Source: Eukaryota sp. GEM-RC1 (Eukaryota). From it: a DNA stretch of 64,000 bases. Position numbers and translations under genes: made by a program. Shown in pieces: positions 24,939 to 37,754 of the stretch. Numbering within the stretch: the first letter of the stretch is position 1; every line of letters begins with the position of its first letter. Under the pieces are notes generated by a model that was not told where the DNA came from, ran no database searches, and was given only the letters and a program-made list of their open reading frames with translations. The stretch covers positions 2,356,001-2,420,000 of the forward strand of contig JAUFOQ010000002.1 of NCBI GenBank assembly GCA_040285855.1, written 5' to 3'.

Positions 24939-25672
24939 ATGGTCAAATCGTTACAAGAGCTTACTGAGCATTTAGCCCAGCTACTCCCCCCCTGATGCAC
25001 CTATTCCATCTGCTTCTGATCCATATCTGTTACACTACTTTCTCATTACTCAAACTCAAATCTCCCAACTTCATCAAAGTTTGAACGAAATCAGACAGCA
25101 GCTTAATTTTCTTCTCAGTACTAAAACACAGAAACTGCCAAGTGAGAAGTGTATCAACTGTGAAAATCTACAACCCAAAGAAGTCAGTTCTGTCAGCACC
25201 GAGACAAGCTTTGTGAAAACTAGTTCCTCGTCTGTTTCCTCTCAGACTGAACAACTATCATCTAATAGTTTACCACATCCTCCGCCAACAGAACAGCCCC
25301 TGGTTTCTTCTTCAAATACTTTCCAACCCGTTGAATCCTCTTCTACACCCTCTCCTTCACCTCAACCTCGAGTTTCAGACTCTTCTCCTCCTCAATCCAG
25401 GGTTTCACACTCTCGATCTTCTTACTCTCAAGTTTCAGACCCTTCTCCTCCTCAAACAAAGAACTCACACTCTCGATCTTCTTACTCTCAAGTTTCCCAC
25501 TCTCGATCTCCTTCTCTATCACCAGGAAGTTCGACGATGTTGGCCGTCGAGCCAATGGAACCAACGTTCCTTTTGGACAATACTAAAACAATGTATTCTC
25601 GTGACCGGTATTTCCCGTAAAACTGAGGTATTATTCAACAAAGGTATCTGTAAATTGTTTATAACTGAATGA
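24939..25672 (+). CDS. Hypothetical Ser/Pro-rich protein with short coiled coil; frameshift in a C run at ~24988; stop at 25620 or 25672
   Basis: ATG 24939 joins ORF 25081-25620 after removing one C from a C homopolymer; contains an internal tandem repeat. Confidence 0.5.
25371..25510 (+). repeat. Coding tandem repeat, 60-bp unit (~2.3 copies)
   Basis: AGTTTCAGAC.CTTCTCCTCCTCAA...TCACACTCTCGATCTTCTTACTCTCA repeated at 60-bp spacing. Confidence 0.85.
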
Positions 25673-26160
25673 TTCTACTGATTCCTTTTTTTCTAAGGGT
25701 TTTCTTCGAAAAATCCAATTCGTCAGTAGCATTATAATTTATTCTGTTCTTTGACTCTTTTATTGTTGATGAACTTTGTTTTTTTGTTCCATTTTTGTGT
25801 TGTAAATACCAAAGAAGTCTCTAGGTCATGTAGTTTTTAGTTTGAATTGTAGTTTTAAATACTGTCAATCATGATCGACATGTGGACAGCTTTGTGTATC
25901 AATAAATTGATGACGTGGCAAGTCCAATACAATCCACTTTAAACACTATACAAGAATACCCTTCATTATGATTGATTGGAGTTCTTTAAATATCTTTTCA
26001 AATATTCAAGACACGAGCACCAACATTAGATTGGAAGTCAATTACTGTCAATCAGTAATCTTAAAAACATCCCAATCAAACGATAACATTTACATCTAAA
26101 CAAAATACACACTAAAACATGACTGGGTCATTAATTTCTTGATCAAACATGGGTTTAAAC

Positions 26161-26523
26161 CATAGCTTGAAATTATGAACTGGAAAAATAATTATTATTA
26201 TTATTATTATGATTATTATTATTACAAGCATAATTCCATAATGTTGATAATTATGGCAATGATAGACCAAACAGAATTTTGTAATGGAAAACAGTCGAAA
26301 CTCATCTACATGTACGTTTACTAGTGGTAATAATGAGGTTTTTCTACTTCTTTGAGATCAGAATGCTCTGAAACGTTCTAACTTGCAATACATAGCAAGA
26401 CACAAGACAATAGTAGGCATGTAATTTCGACAAATATGGTGAAAAAAGATTATTATTATTATTATAGAAATTATTATTATTATAACAAATTATTATGGAA
26501 AAATTATATAATTTCAAGCTATG
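26161..26523. mobile_element. hAT-type MITE (363 bp)
   Basis: Perfect 16-bp TIR CATAGCTTGAAATTAT; perfect 8-bp TSD GTTTAAAC; subterminal (ATT)n arrays. Confidence 0.92.
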
Positions 26524-26814
26524 GTTTAAACCTCCCTAATTATGGACCACCTTTAAACCAAACTCTTCCCTGATGCTAATTGTGTCTATAGAACAAATAT
26601 AATTGGCGTACAACTCTTTTCTTCTTCATTTTATCACTGTTTCCTAGAACTTTTGTTACTTTTGCGTTACAGACTGGTCCATCAGGTGTTTCCAGTAATC
26701 TTTAGGATTATAAGATTTACTGTCCAACTTGCAATTAAAATCTATGAAAAATGCAAATATTGCTCAATTGAAACCAGTAAATTCTAGAAGTCTGTGAAAC
26801 TAGTATATTAAGGT

Positions 26815-26886
26815 AAACAATACAAGCATAGCATACCCTCTTCTATGCTTGGATTGGATCATAGCTATAATAGGTCCTCAACGATA
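26815..26886. mobile_element. Degenerate solo right end of the TIR family at 43290-44902
   Basis: AAACAATACAAGCAT...ACCCTCT.CTATGCTTG...TAGGTCCTCAACGATA resembles 44820-44904. Confidence 0.6.
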
Positions 26887-26946
26887 GATGAATTCTTCAT
26901 ACAGAAGAAATAATAAACGTGCGATAATTTTCCTGCAGTATTTCTA

Positions 26947-27981
26947 ATGGAGGCTTACACCTCTCAACTTGCAAAGATTGTTGTTCTGCAATTTCTCCAT
27001 GCTGCTGGAATCAATCATTGTAGCCAATCTGTGGTTGACACTCTTGCCATGGTCTGCTGTAACTGTCAGTGATTTCAATAAGCGCATCTCATCACAGACA
27101 TTAAAGAAATCGGTATACGAACAAAAACACTGACTAACCATGCTGAACGAACTGACTCTAACTTCCATGACATAATGGGAGCTCTTTCTACCTTTGGCTT
27201 AGGACCCAAACACCTTCTTAACTATACTCAATCAACAGAACCTCTTCATTTCATCAAATCTGTTCCAACAATTCCACTTCCATCTCCAGTTTATCTTGAA
27301 TACCCCATATATCCAGCTTCTCGAGCTGTTTGGACAGCTGATGTTAGTCTTCCAACCATTCATCAAGAACCCCTTTCCTTTACTCCTCCTCCATCACCTT
27401 CAGAAGAAGAGGAAGAACCGATCGAAGAAGACCAACACATTTCTAGCTATGTCCCAACATGGCTACCATCCTTCCCCCCTGATTTCACTTACGTAGAAAG
27501 CAATCTCTACGGAATCCCAGTAATAGACCAAGTTGAAGCAAGAAGACACCAATTAGAAGAAAGCCAAAAGATCCACGCCGCCCTAAAGAATCTCTCTAGC
27601 TACGACTCTAAGTTCTCCTTTCTGTTTAAACAAGACAATCCTATGGATCATCTTACTGAAAGAGAGACTAATCCGAGAGTGTTTGAAGTGGCTCCTGAGT
27701 TGAAGAACTGGCTGCAGCTACCTATCTATACTGATGATAATCCTAGTATTGTTCCAGTTGAGTCGGAGTTTCCTGGAGCAGAGATCTTTTGTTTCATGTC
27801 TGTTAAATATTCTCCGCTTGATGACTTTAATGTGTTTGATGAGCTGGAATATATGCCGATACCTGTTCCAGTAGTGCAGATTCCTCCACCAGTCCCACCT
27901 AATGAAAGTGGAGATATCACTAGGAAAAGGAATATGTTGGTGACGATAGAGAATGCTACTGAAGATACTCCGATTGATTAA
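26947..27981 (+). CDS. TAF8: TFIID subunit 8; intron 27065-27097
   Basis: Spliced BTP/histone-fold DTLAMVCCN^YIKEIGIRTKTLTNHAERTDSNFHDI and TAF8_C motif YVPTWLPSFPPDFTYVES. Exon 1 is missing from the ORF track. Confidence 0.85.
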
Positions 27982-28112
27982 TTATTTTTGATTGAGTGTG
28001 GAAGAGATTGATTTTTCAATCTCTAGCGTCAATCTAATTTAAGTGTTTGTATATACTATTAGATTGAGTTTTGTTTAAATTATTGAAAAACTACGACGAT
28101 CGTAAATTATGT

Positions 28113-29584
28113 TTACCTTTTTTTGACGGATTTCTGCAATTCTAAACATTTATCCATTACACTTCCCCTATACAGACCCTCTTTGCTCAACTTCCCACTG
28201 ATCCCAGAGTGGATTCTAGGGGAATTCTTTGCTTTAGATATAGATAACTTTACACTTTGTAATAGGGGAGTTTTGACTGCTGCTGATCTTGGTGTGGACC
28301 GCACTGATGATTGAGTGCCAATCAAATCACTAATGGAGATCATTTCATCAGATTCAGATGAATCAAGATCATTCAAATCAAATTTGAATAATGATTCATT
28401 ACCAACACCAATGCAACTTGTAACATGGCAATGAGGATAGCCATTATTAAATATTTGGGAGATATTCCTAAATCTTCTAGTTCCAAAATCAGAAATATAA
28501 GTTATTGAATCAAAAGGCTATTATAAAAGTACACCAAATCTTTTTCTGATACAGACTTACTCCATGTAAGACCAAGTTTGACCAAAGAGAAACAGAAAGA
28601 ATTAAATGAAACACCTTGGCCTAAAACACGTTCAAATGAATCAATTTTCCAATCGGTTTCTACAATTTTGGATATTATTGAGTTGTAAGTTTTAGGATCT
28701 CCGGCTAAAGATTGAGGTAGCAGAGCCTTGGCAATTTTTAAATTGAGTAAAAAATACAAATCTCTCGATAATAGATTTTTGGACTTTGATTTTGACCCCA
28801 ATAATAACTCCCATAAATCATAGAAATACCTCTGAATTACTGTCCTTTTAAAAGAATCTTCACACAATGAGGATACACTACTTGCTGGGATTTGAGAATT
28901 ACCACGTGGATGCCAAAAGGGAAACCCAATGGCAGCAGCCTTAATATGACGAGACCTGATTGTCGCAAGAGAGATATGTGAAGAATCACAGTTAACAACG
29001 TGTGAAATTAGATCTAAATGACGTAGAGTGTGGGCTTTGAAGAGGACTTGATAGAGAGGCATAGGAGGAGATCCATCTAGAGAGAAAGCGACTCCATAGT
29101 TTCCTAGAGCAGAGGGTGTTGGAGAGTGTGAAAGTCTTGAGGAAGATAAAGGTAACACAAATGACTGTTTAGATTTGCATCTGGATGACACTGGGCGATG
29201 AGTTTGTGCAGATCTACTTGATGGCAGTATTCGTGAAGTTTGAGGTCTGGATGTCAGATTAGATGATAACTTTTGAGAGATGGACGACATTTTCAAGAGT
29301 GGGACAGCAGGGGAGCTAGCTGGTCTGGATCTTTTCACATGAGAATCAGAAGTAGTAGTATTTTGAGAAGAATTACACTGTTGTTCATCACTATAAGCAG
29401 ACTCTAGAATGTCAGAGAGACGTTGTTTAGTGTTTGAGAGGTACTTAGAATGTCGCTTAAAAGAACGTTTTGTCTCTGTAAGAGAGAAAGATGTCAGGAC
29501 TAATGACCTAGATAACTCCTTAATGGTACTCTTATCGTGTCGTAAACGAGCGATTTCAGCTTGAACTTGGGAGGATTGCGGCAT
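28113..29584 (-). CDS. Hypothetical protein (Ser-rich region plus helical domain KIAKALL...DW..D...F...L..W); missing T at ~28515
   Basis: A 360-aa ORF joins ORF 28113-28376 after a one-base correction in a T run. Confidence 0.65.
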
Positions 29585-29803
29585 CAGTAACTAAAAATAT
29601 ATAGAAATCGAGTCAAGCCAATTTTTCGTTTCACAGTCAACAATTCAGGTTTAGTTAGGGCTCTTCATAAATATATTTAACTCAATATATTGCAATAAAT
29701 AATGTATCAATAATTTATTGATCTCCAAAATCAATACCAATATATTTCAATATATAGAAATATAATGATACTACTTGTTTTGTGACTGCAGATCCCGTAT
29801 CAG

Positions 29804-30436
29804 CAGGGCTCCTCATAAATAAATATAAATTCTATTTATTTCTATTTATTTCTATTTATATTTATTTTTGAGCCTTTTTGGCGATCGTGCAAATAAAACA
29901 AAATAAAACAAAATATAAATAAATATAAATAAAATGTCAGAAAGTAAACTTCATTGATCTATATAATACATGAGTTTATTTTAGTGCTCAAGGTTGTTGA
30001 TTGACTTGAAACATGATGTGTGAAATACTCAAGCTCAGACAAAAATTAGGGTTGATACATTTTTCCTCATACTTTGCCATTTTAACACAGGTAAAGCCAA
30101 TCCAACGACTATACCCGGGCATATGATCATTGAACGTTTTTCTCATGGTCATTTACGATGCTGAACATTGAACTAATATTGAAGATCCACAGATGTCTAT
30201 GGAATGACGACACAGTTAGAGCAATTGTACGAAGCAGAAAGTCAACTAACCAATTTCGACAAGAAAGGGATGATGAAATGGATGGTGTATTCAGCAATAG
30301 TGACTCAGATTAGATGTATAATAAAATATTTTGTTTTTATTTGGGTTTTATTTTGTTTTAATTATATTTATTTCACATTTATTTTTGGCACTTTTGGGTG
30401 TTCAAATTATTTTAAATTATCTTATGAGAGGGCCTG
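29804..30436. mobile_element. hAT-type MITE (633 bp), nested
   Basis: TIR CAGGGCTCCTCATAA / TTATGAGAGGGCCTG (12/15); perfect 8-bp TSD CGTATCAG. Confidence 0.88.
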
Positions 30437-30459
30437 CGTATCAGTAGAATTACTCTCAG

Positions 30460-31385
30460 CAGGGATGCCGAAAAATATATTGTAGTACAATATATTGTAA
30501 TAAATATTATTGCAATACATATTGTGTCTGTTCAACTAGTACAATATATTTATTGCGAGGCTGGAGTTATTGCAATATATTGACAATATATTGACAATAT
30601 ATTGCAATATTTGAACTTTCGTCAAATTCACAGAACAAGTTGGTTAGAATATGAGAATGTACCAACTTGCGAAGATCCAAATTGACGTGATGATTTCATG
30701 GCAGAACATCAGTACAAAAGTATATATGATCCCTTTTTTGTATGGGAACCCCCCCCCTTCGGCTTACGGGTAACGTTGAAGGTGACGTCGCTTATTTCCG
30801 AATCTTTGGAAGGTGAGCTCTTACTGCTTTACAACTACAACAAACAACATTGATGATACTTGTTGGTGCCAGAAAATAAGGAATTCATGTTTATAAACCT
30901 CAATAGATATAAAGAACTATTCTAAAACCTTTGGCTAACATTGAGACGAGAACACCAACAAATCTGTCAATCGATATCGTTCTTTAAATTCAAATTGTTG
31001 CAAAAACTGACAATGATTCGGAGTTGAAACACGTGATCTGTTTCTGTTTTGTTGTAGTAATTTGTTTGTAGATTATTCTTGCTTCATAAGAAGATCAGCT
31101 TCGCCCTAATATCTGCTTCCACCAACAATAAAGCTTTCTGCTTAGAAAAAACATAAAATCTCCCTCAAGTTACCTACAAGAACAAATAAGGTTACGTGCG
31201 GTACCTTGTAGAACAATTTATAATCTCTGTAGAGTTATATGGGAATATTGCAATATATTGCAATATATTTATTGTAACGGGCTGCAATATCTATATATTT
31301 ATTGCAATATTCGCAAACCACGATATATTTATTGCATTATTGAAAACGTACAATAATTATTGCAATATATTTTTCGGCATCCCTG
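30460..31385. mobile_element. hAT-type MITE (926 bp), nested
   Basis: Perfect 23-bp TIR CAGGGATGCCGAAAAATATATTG; perfect TSD ACTCTCAG; subterminal ATATTG/CAATAT arrays. Confidence 0.93.
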
Positions 31386-32213
31386 ACTCTCAGTTGAGCA
31401 ACAACTCTCAAAACATGACCTGTTGTTGTCAACAAAATGTAAACTGAACTGATACTTGACATTGTATAAACGCATAATATTGTTGTCAATTTGTTTTAAT
31501 ATGTGAACCGCAGAACCAAAACAATTAGGATGCTGGAAAGAACAGAAAGTTTGATGAAGGAGTAAAAGAGTTAGAAGAAGAACGAAAACAGAGTGGATTC
31601 TATCAGGGAACAAAAAACGCCTTTATTTTAGTCTTACAAATACACACTATCATCAATATTCACAAATGAGATACAAATACCTCTAAAAGGACCTTGATCG
31701 ATTGAAATACTTAATACTCGTGGAAGAAGAAAACCAAGAAGATGTACATAAAGACTAGTGTATTACTATTTTGTTAACTATTGAAGTTGTTATACAGTGG
31801 TTCAATGCAGAACATATATATTTATGAACTCGGGAGAATGACACAGTGAATTACACCGATAATTAGCATCGTCATCTCAAATCAATATATGCAATATATT
31901 GATCAATATCAATAATTTATTGAAGGTCGAAAATCAATACCAATATATTGCAATACCAATAATGGAAAGCCCTGGGTGGAATTGATCCAAATAGTAGATA
32001 TTTCTATAATACTTACAGGTTTCTGCATTCTACAATAACATAAAAAGAAACACTCTCTTTTCAGTTCTTACGTTGCACGATGAAATAATTGTTCGTCCAC
32101 AAATGTCCAAATTTATGTAAAGTGATGGTATGAAACAATCGGTTTGTGACTTCATTTTTCATTTAAATATGTATTAAAATGATAACCAATGAACAATCAA
32201 ACAATCTTGTCAT

Positions 32214-32766
32214 CATAGTTGCGAATCACAAAATCATAAAGGTATACATTTGTGATGGGGAATTGTGAATGTTGGGATATCCAATATCACAAAGTAAAAC
32301 ATTTGTGATTTTGCGGTGTGATTGTTGTGGTACGTAATTCTTCAGATTATACATTACCATGTGTTTATTATAAACAATGTTAAGTACAAGAATTTGGTTC
32401 AGCAACTGATGAGACAGAGGTAAGTTTCACATCAGAACTGAAAGAAGCAATTAATTTATGTTTGTTGATTTCAAAAATTAATGATTGGAGAGTTACGAAA
32501 TCTGATAGCACATTTGGAAAGTCAACAAAGTGAAGCGCTTTGGTTTTATTACTCAAAGGTCGGATTTGGAATAATATTGGACCTTACTACTAAAAACTCC
32601 AAAAGTCTTCCACAGCGTGAAATTAAAAGTAAGAACAAGACGCTTACTTCAGTTGTTGCATTTCATTAACTTTCCAGAATCAATTTTGATCAATCGTTGT
32701 GATGTTGTGATGTGATTGTTGTGACTCACAAAATCACAAAGTCAAATTTTGTGAATTGCAACTATG
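32214..32766. mobile_element. hAT-type MITE (553 bp)
   Basis: TIR CATAGTTGCGAATCACAAAAT / ATTTTGTGAATTGCAACTATG; TSD CTTGTCAT/CTTATCAT (7/8); TCACAA/TTGTGA subterminal motifs. Confidence 0.85.
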
Positions 32767-33000
32767 CTTATCATTCATAATTGTATGAGAAAAAGCACAC
32801 AAAATTGTGTAGATTTTCCTATTAAAACCATCGAAGAAGCAATTGATCATAGTGTTGGTTACTTAAATTTAAGGTATTATGGTAGGAAAGTATCAGGTGA
32901 AATTAGGTTATCTACTGATGAAACAGACCAATACTTTCCGTAAAATCGTTCCAAAACAGTTCTGATTTAGATATATATTACATACTAGTTCAGTACACAT

Positions 33001-33498
33001 CAGTGTTTGAAATTTCTTATGTGTGATTTTAAAAAAGACACCTTGTTGGTGTTAACCCGCGTGTCCACACGGTGTCTGTGATGCAGGCTTGTCAGTTAAT
33101 AAAAAACGATGTTTTCTATTATCATCAACGTTTTCTATTTTCTGGATTGACACAAAAAGCACAACGTTCTACTCCATTTTTGTCTTATTTTGACAGGTGT
33201 TATCTCACATATGTTGTTTCTGACCAAGCAAGTCTGAAACAAGGCGAGAGTATTTGTTGGTGACACTATTACTGGTGCACTGTATGCTCTTTGGTTCTGT
33301 ATCTGAGTGAAACAACCTTCTGGTACACTGGAACAGTGTTCTTGTTACACGTGGAAAGTTGAAAAAGTTGATCTGCCCTTTTTGAACGCTTTGTATTAAT
33401 TTCGAAAAAGACGTAAAAACGATAAAAACGTTTTTTACGGGCCTGCTTTGATGTGTCTTGTGCGTGTTTTTGCGTGTTTTTTTGAAAAATAGTTTCTG
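33001..33498 (+). mobile_element. Diverged member of the CAGTGTTCGAA MITE family (see 53492, 56943)
   Basis: The first ~75 bp align with 53492-53570 (CAGTGTT.GAAATTTC...AAAGACACC...GGTGTTAAC.CGCGTGTCCACAC); GCGTGTTTTT repeats near 33470. The right terminus and TSD are eroded. Confidence 0.65.
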
Positions 33499-34168
33499 AT
33501 TCGCAGTGACGAGTTTGATTTTATGAACAAACCATGTGTACTACACATGCAAATCTATAATTAATTGATAATAGATAAATTGTAACTACTTTTGATCCCG
33601 AAAAATACTACATGTAAGGGCAGTTGTTTGGTCTAAAAACGGGTGAAAATCGATCAGTTATTGTATAACAAATAGACGGAACGAATACACATTCTGTAGT
33701 ACAATAGTGAACCTTTTCTAGTGGTAGTTGAACAGTACATGATGTCTTGTTGGTTCCGAAAACCACACACAAAAACTTGATGAACAATGTGAATATATTG
33801 ATAGTACATCTGTTCAATTCAATTCTGAAGAAGTGATATTTCTCTAATTGAAGGAAGTGTTTCAAGAGCGTTCTTCAAGTTTTACATTTTTTAGCAGTTA
33901 TATGTAGAGTAATTTGTACTTACATTGCTGTTATACCCGCAGTCAAATCGTTGCTATTGCTTTATGGAAAATTCATGGGACTGCTTGACTGTAAGATTGC
34001 TGTATATCAGACAGAGTCATTTATTAGGTTTTTAGGTCAATTTTGTTTTCTTGTGGAAGCTACGGTGATTTTACGTAGTACTGAACATTGAGCAGTGACA
34101 TTTGACACGTGTTGACCTCTTTCAACAAGTTCAATTTTTCTGTAACTATTTTTGCTATCTTCTTCACC

Positions 34169-34979
34169 ATGTCAAACACCTCAATTGTTCGTTTCACTTT
34201 CGGTAAATCCACTTTCGAAATATTGACAAAACCTGGATCTATTTCTCAATATCGTAAAGGTCAACTGGGTCTTTCCAATTGTCTTGTAGGCGATGAAGTC
34301 TTTAAGAATGCTTCTTCTGGTGATCGTCCCAGTGATGCTGAGCTCATCGAAGCTTTTGGCACTGCCGATCAGTTCAAGGTGATCGAGAAGATTGCCAATG
34401 AGGGAGAAGTGCAGTTAACTGCATCTGAGCGTCGGGAACTCGTTGCAGCCAAACGAAGAGCCATGATTGCATACATTCACAAAAACTTCACAGACCCAAA
34501 GTCTGGACTGTATGTTTTCCATACTTGTGCTCTTATCTTAGTCCTATTCCTGTGACACGGATCGAAAATGCATTTGACCAAATTCATCTACGTATTGATC
34601 CATTCCAACCTGCTGAACGTCAAGTCCAGGAGCAGGTCATGAAACCAATCGTTTCCCTCATTCCCATGAAAAAATCGGAAATCGAAGGAACGGTATTCAT
34701 CCCTCATTCTGTATTGGGTTTGTCCATTTATTTATAATCTTTCTAATCTTAGGAAAGTGTTTATCTATTATCCATCAATATGCCAATGTCAACAAAGAAA
34801 ACTATACTGGAGAGGGTTGTGAGCTTCATGTAACTTTAGCCCCTGGTGACTATGATCAATTTAACAGGGAGCTTTCTGCTGCCTCTAAAGGTGAGGTGTC
34901 GATCAATATTGGTGGGACATCAGAACCTGCTGCTGATACAACGCAGTCAAAGAAGAAGGGTAAAGGAAGGAAGAAGTAG
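34169..34979 (+). CDS. SBDS/Sdo1-family ribosome maturation protein (archaeal-like sequence type); introns 34510-34541 and 34718-34752
   Basis: FEIL, VFKNASSGDRPS...AFGT, GEVQLTASERRELV...DPKSGL^PIPVTRIENA...IDPFQPAERQV, and domain III with PGDY...SKGE. Both introns restore frame. Confidence 0.92.
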
Positions 34980-35957
34980 ATCCGTTGCATCTGTTACTCT
35001 TAACATGTAAATAAATCACGCACGTTAAATAGTAATGGATATAAATGACATTTGTTGAAGAACAAGCTGTATGGTTAAGATGATGTTTCAGGAAGAACAA
35101 AGTATCTTCAGAAGATCACATCATTAACACAATATTTGAATCATGAAACTATCAGGACAGCATTGTGTTTGAACTGTGTGGACTCTCAGATTCAGATAAG
35201 TTTTCTTGACACAAAATGTGGAGAAAAACTGAAAATCTTTTGAAGAGTTTGTTTCAGTCAGTGCTTTACAAAATTAATGCATATCATATTCATATCCATT
35301 TTTATGGATTCTCTCCCTCCATCCCTTTTCTCCTTTCAATGACAAAAAAAGTAGGGCATAAGCCTCAGAAACCAAAAAAATGGAGATGAATATGGAAATG
35401 AGAAGTATGAATATGATTATGAAAAATATCCATTTTTTTTGTAAAGCACTGGTTGTTGTCAAATTTTTTTCTCAATAACAAGTTTTATTGACAACAACAC
35501 TACAGTGTACTTACATCTAATAATCAATATCCTCAAAGTCCAGATTGCCTAACTGGAATTTTCACCTACCTTATCCTCATAATGTCTGCCAAGAGGTAAT
35601 AAAGCGCTAGATACAGAAGTCACCATACCTTTAAAGATAAGTTGTTGTCAAATGCGCACTTTTTCCAGAAATGAAATGCGTCAAAATGCGTAAAATGCAC
35701 GCATTTGGCGCATTTCTCAAAATTGATAACACTGGTTTGTTTGATCAAGTTGTCTCAATTTTTGAAAATATGCCCAGCTTACGCCTTTTGAGGAAGTTCT
35801 TACATTTTTGAACTTGACGGCCAGCGCATTTTGATTTAGACATTTATTTGGAAAAATGTTTTGTACTGATTATGAATGTAGTATCGGTAAAGCCAAACAG
35901 CAGTCGTTCAAGCCAATTCTGAATCAAAAATTCTTCAATTTTTTACTTACTCCAAAA

Positions 35958-37460
35958 ATGACCTCACTAACAAAGCTTTACGAATACTTGGATGCAATCA
36001 AAAGCTGTACTTCTGCAGAAGCTGATATTAAAGTACCTGATGAAGTGCTGGAAACTTTTGATCTTCTACAAGAGCTCTCCGATTCTGATGAAGATGAAGA
36101 AACAACCAAAATACTGGAGATGATATTCAAGTCTAGCGAAGATGCTCTCAATGTCTTTCAGCTTATTCAATCTGTGAAAGAATCTCCCTGTTGTCTTTCC
36201 ACTGCTGCCATCATTACATCAACGATAGCTGCAGCTGCTTCTGAGTATTTGGCAAACCGAACCGAGTCTTCCGATGCATCACCTGACATTGCGTCTCTTG
36301 TTGAATCACTTAATCCAGAAAATCCTTCAGTCTTTGGTCTCCTATACATTTCAAAACGTTTAATGATCAACAAGAGCTACTCAATGTCTCAAATCCAGCC
36401 TCTTCTTTCCTTTCTGGAACCCCTCCTACTTCGATTTTCCCAACTGACACTTGAGCAAGCAGAATCTCTCAGAGATTTGATCTGTGCTCTTGAAACCTTC
36501 ATCATTCCACCACAACAACACGACCACCTCTTCACATCGTGGTTCCGTATCATTATTGACCAACTAGATTCTATACCAGAAGAATTTGAGGATGTACTTT
36601 CTGATACTTTAGATACTTTCTGTGGAGCTCTCGTGGCTGAGGGCGAAACTCTTCCCTCTCTGTTATCATCGCTCAAAGAAAAAGCTCATATATCAAAACC
36701 TCAGGTCTTCGCAATGGCAATGAAAGTCTTTACTCTATTCGCTGAGTATTTTGCTTCAATTCCTGATTATGATTTGTTTATACTCTCCGTCTTAAGATCC
36801 AAGGATATCCATTCAGATCCTGACCGTGATATCTTTGGATCTACGGTCGGTTTGTTAGGTACAATAAGTGATTCTCTACCTGATCCCTTGGATTCTAAGG
36901 CTTTTAAAGAGTTTTATCAAGATACCGAGTCAATATCATTCGAGGATGAAGCTGCACGCGGTGTTATAGCTTTTGCATTTGATGGGTTGGATCTTCAGGA
37001 GTTTAAGGTTATTGCTGATAGGATAATTTCAAATATTTCATCAAATTTGGCAATTTCTCTTCTTGGGCGTAGTTCTATAGCTGCGGGTTTCGCTAGACGA
37101 GGAGCTTCTGTGTCGATGTTAAACGACATTCTTTCCGCTATGATTCCGGAAATTCCAAGATTTGATTCTTCTGGGACATTTGATTCATCTCCTGGGTCTT
37201 TTGAATTCTTTGGAATTATGATTTGTAATGTATTGAGTCAGCAAAAGAGTATTGTTTCATCATTGAAGAAGAATGTTTTCCAGTTAGTGAAGTCATTGCG
37301 TAAACTCTATGATGCTTGTATGGCGGAAGAAGTGGCTTCAGCAATTAATTACATTGTTGATAATTTAGAACAGAGAATTGATCTACCAGAATCCATTTTG
37401 AGGCTGAAAGTGTCGGACGAAGAATCAGAATTATCTGAAGAGGAGGAAGAAGAAGATTAG
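35958..37460 (+). CDS. Hypothetical acidic alpha-helical (ARM/HEAT-like) protein
   Basis: Uninterrupted ~500-codon ORF, Leu/Ser/Glu-rich, with an acidic tail; no family motif recognised. Confidence 0.7.
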   Translation: MTSLTKLYEYLDAIKSCTSAEADIKVPDEVLETFDLLQELSDSDEDEETTKILEMIFKSSEDALNVFQLIQSVKESPCCLSTAAIITSTIAAAASEYLANRTESSDASPDIASLVESLNPENPSVFGLLYISKRLMINKSYSMSQIQPLLSFLEPLLLRFSQLTLEQAESLRDLICALETFIIPPQQHDHLFTSWFRIIIDQLDSIPEEFEDVLSDTLDTFCGALVAEGETLPSLLSSLKEKAHISKPQVFAMAMKVFTLFAEYFASIPDYDLFILSVLRSKDIHSDPDRDIFGSTVGLLGTISDSLPDPLDSKAFKEFYQDTESISFEDEAARGVIAFAFDGLDLQEFKVIADRIISNISSNLAISLLGRSSIAAGFARRGASVSMLNDILSAMIPEIPRFDSSGTFDSSPGSFEFFGIMICNVLSQQKSIVSSLKKNVFQLVKSLRKLYDACMAEEVASAINYIVDNLEQRIDLPESILRLKVSDEESELSEEEEEED

Positions 37461-37754
37461 TGTGTTTGATGTGTATTGTTTATGTGGGTAAAAATGTTTG
37501 TCTATAGCATGTTTATGAATGATGTTATACGTGAAAAAAGTGATCATGTCATTGGAATAAATAAGAATGATACTCATCGATTTTCCCTCATCAATAGGAT
37601 CAAGTAGTGATGGTGTGTTTGTCACCACATCAGTGGTGAACACTAATGATGAGTCATCAACAGTCATCAATGCTGACAACGATTGACTTCTTCGGAAGTA
37701 TTTTGACCGGCCAACATAAGATCAATCTTCCTTCCCCAACATAATTTCTATCAA

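Larger units (their letters stand above)
29656..31974. mobile_element. Older outer hAT-like element hosting two nested MITEs
   Basis: Imperfect TIRs TAGGGCTCTTCAT / ATGGAAAGCCCTG. A shared ~50-bp subterminal block (TATCAATAATTTATTGA....AAAATCAATACCAATATAT) lies at ~29705 and ~31908. TSD is not convincing. Confidence 0.55.

Noticed and set aside
35450..35735. Short inverted repeats (GTTGTTGTCAA/TTGACAACAAC) and an AAATGCG array ending in TTGATAACACTG
   Set aside because: Probably an eroded MITE, but the termini are degenerate and no TSD is identifiable.
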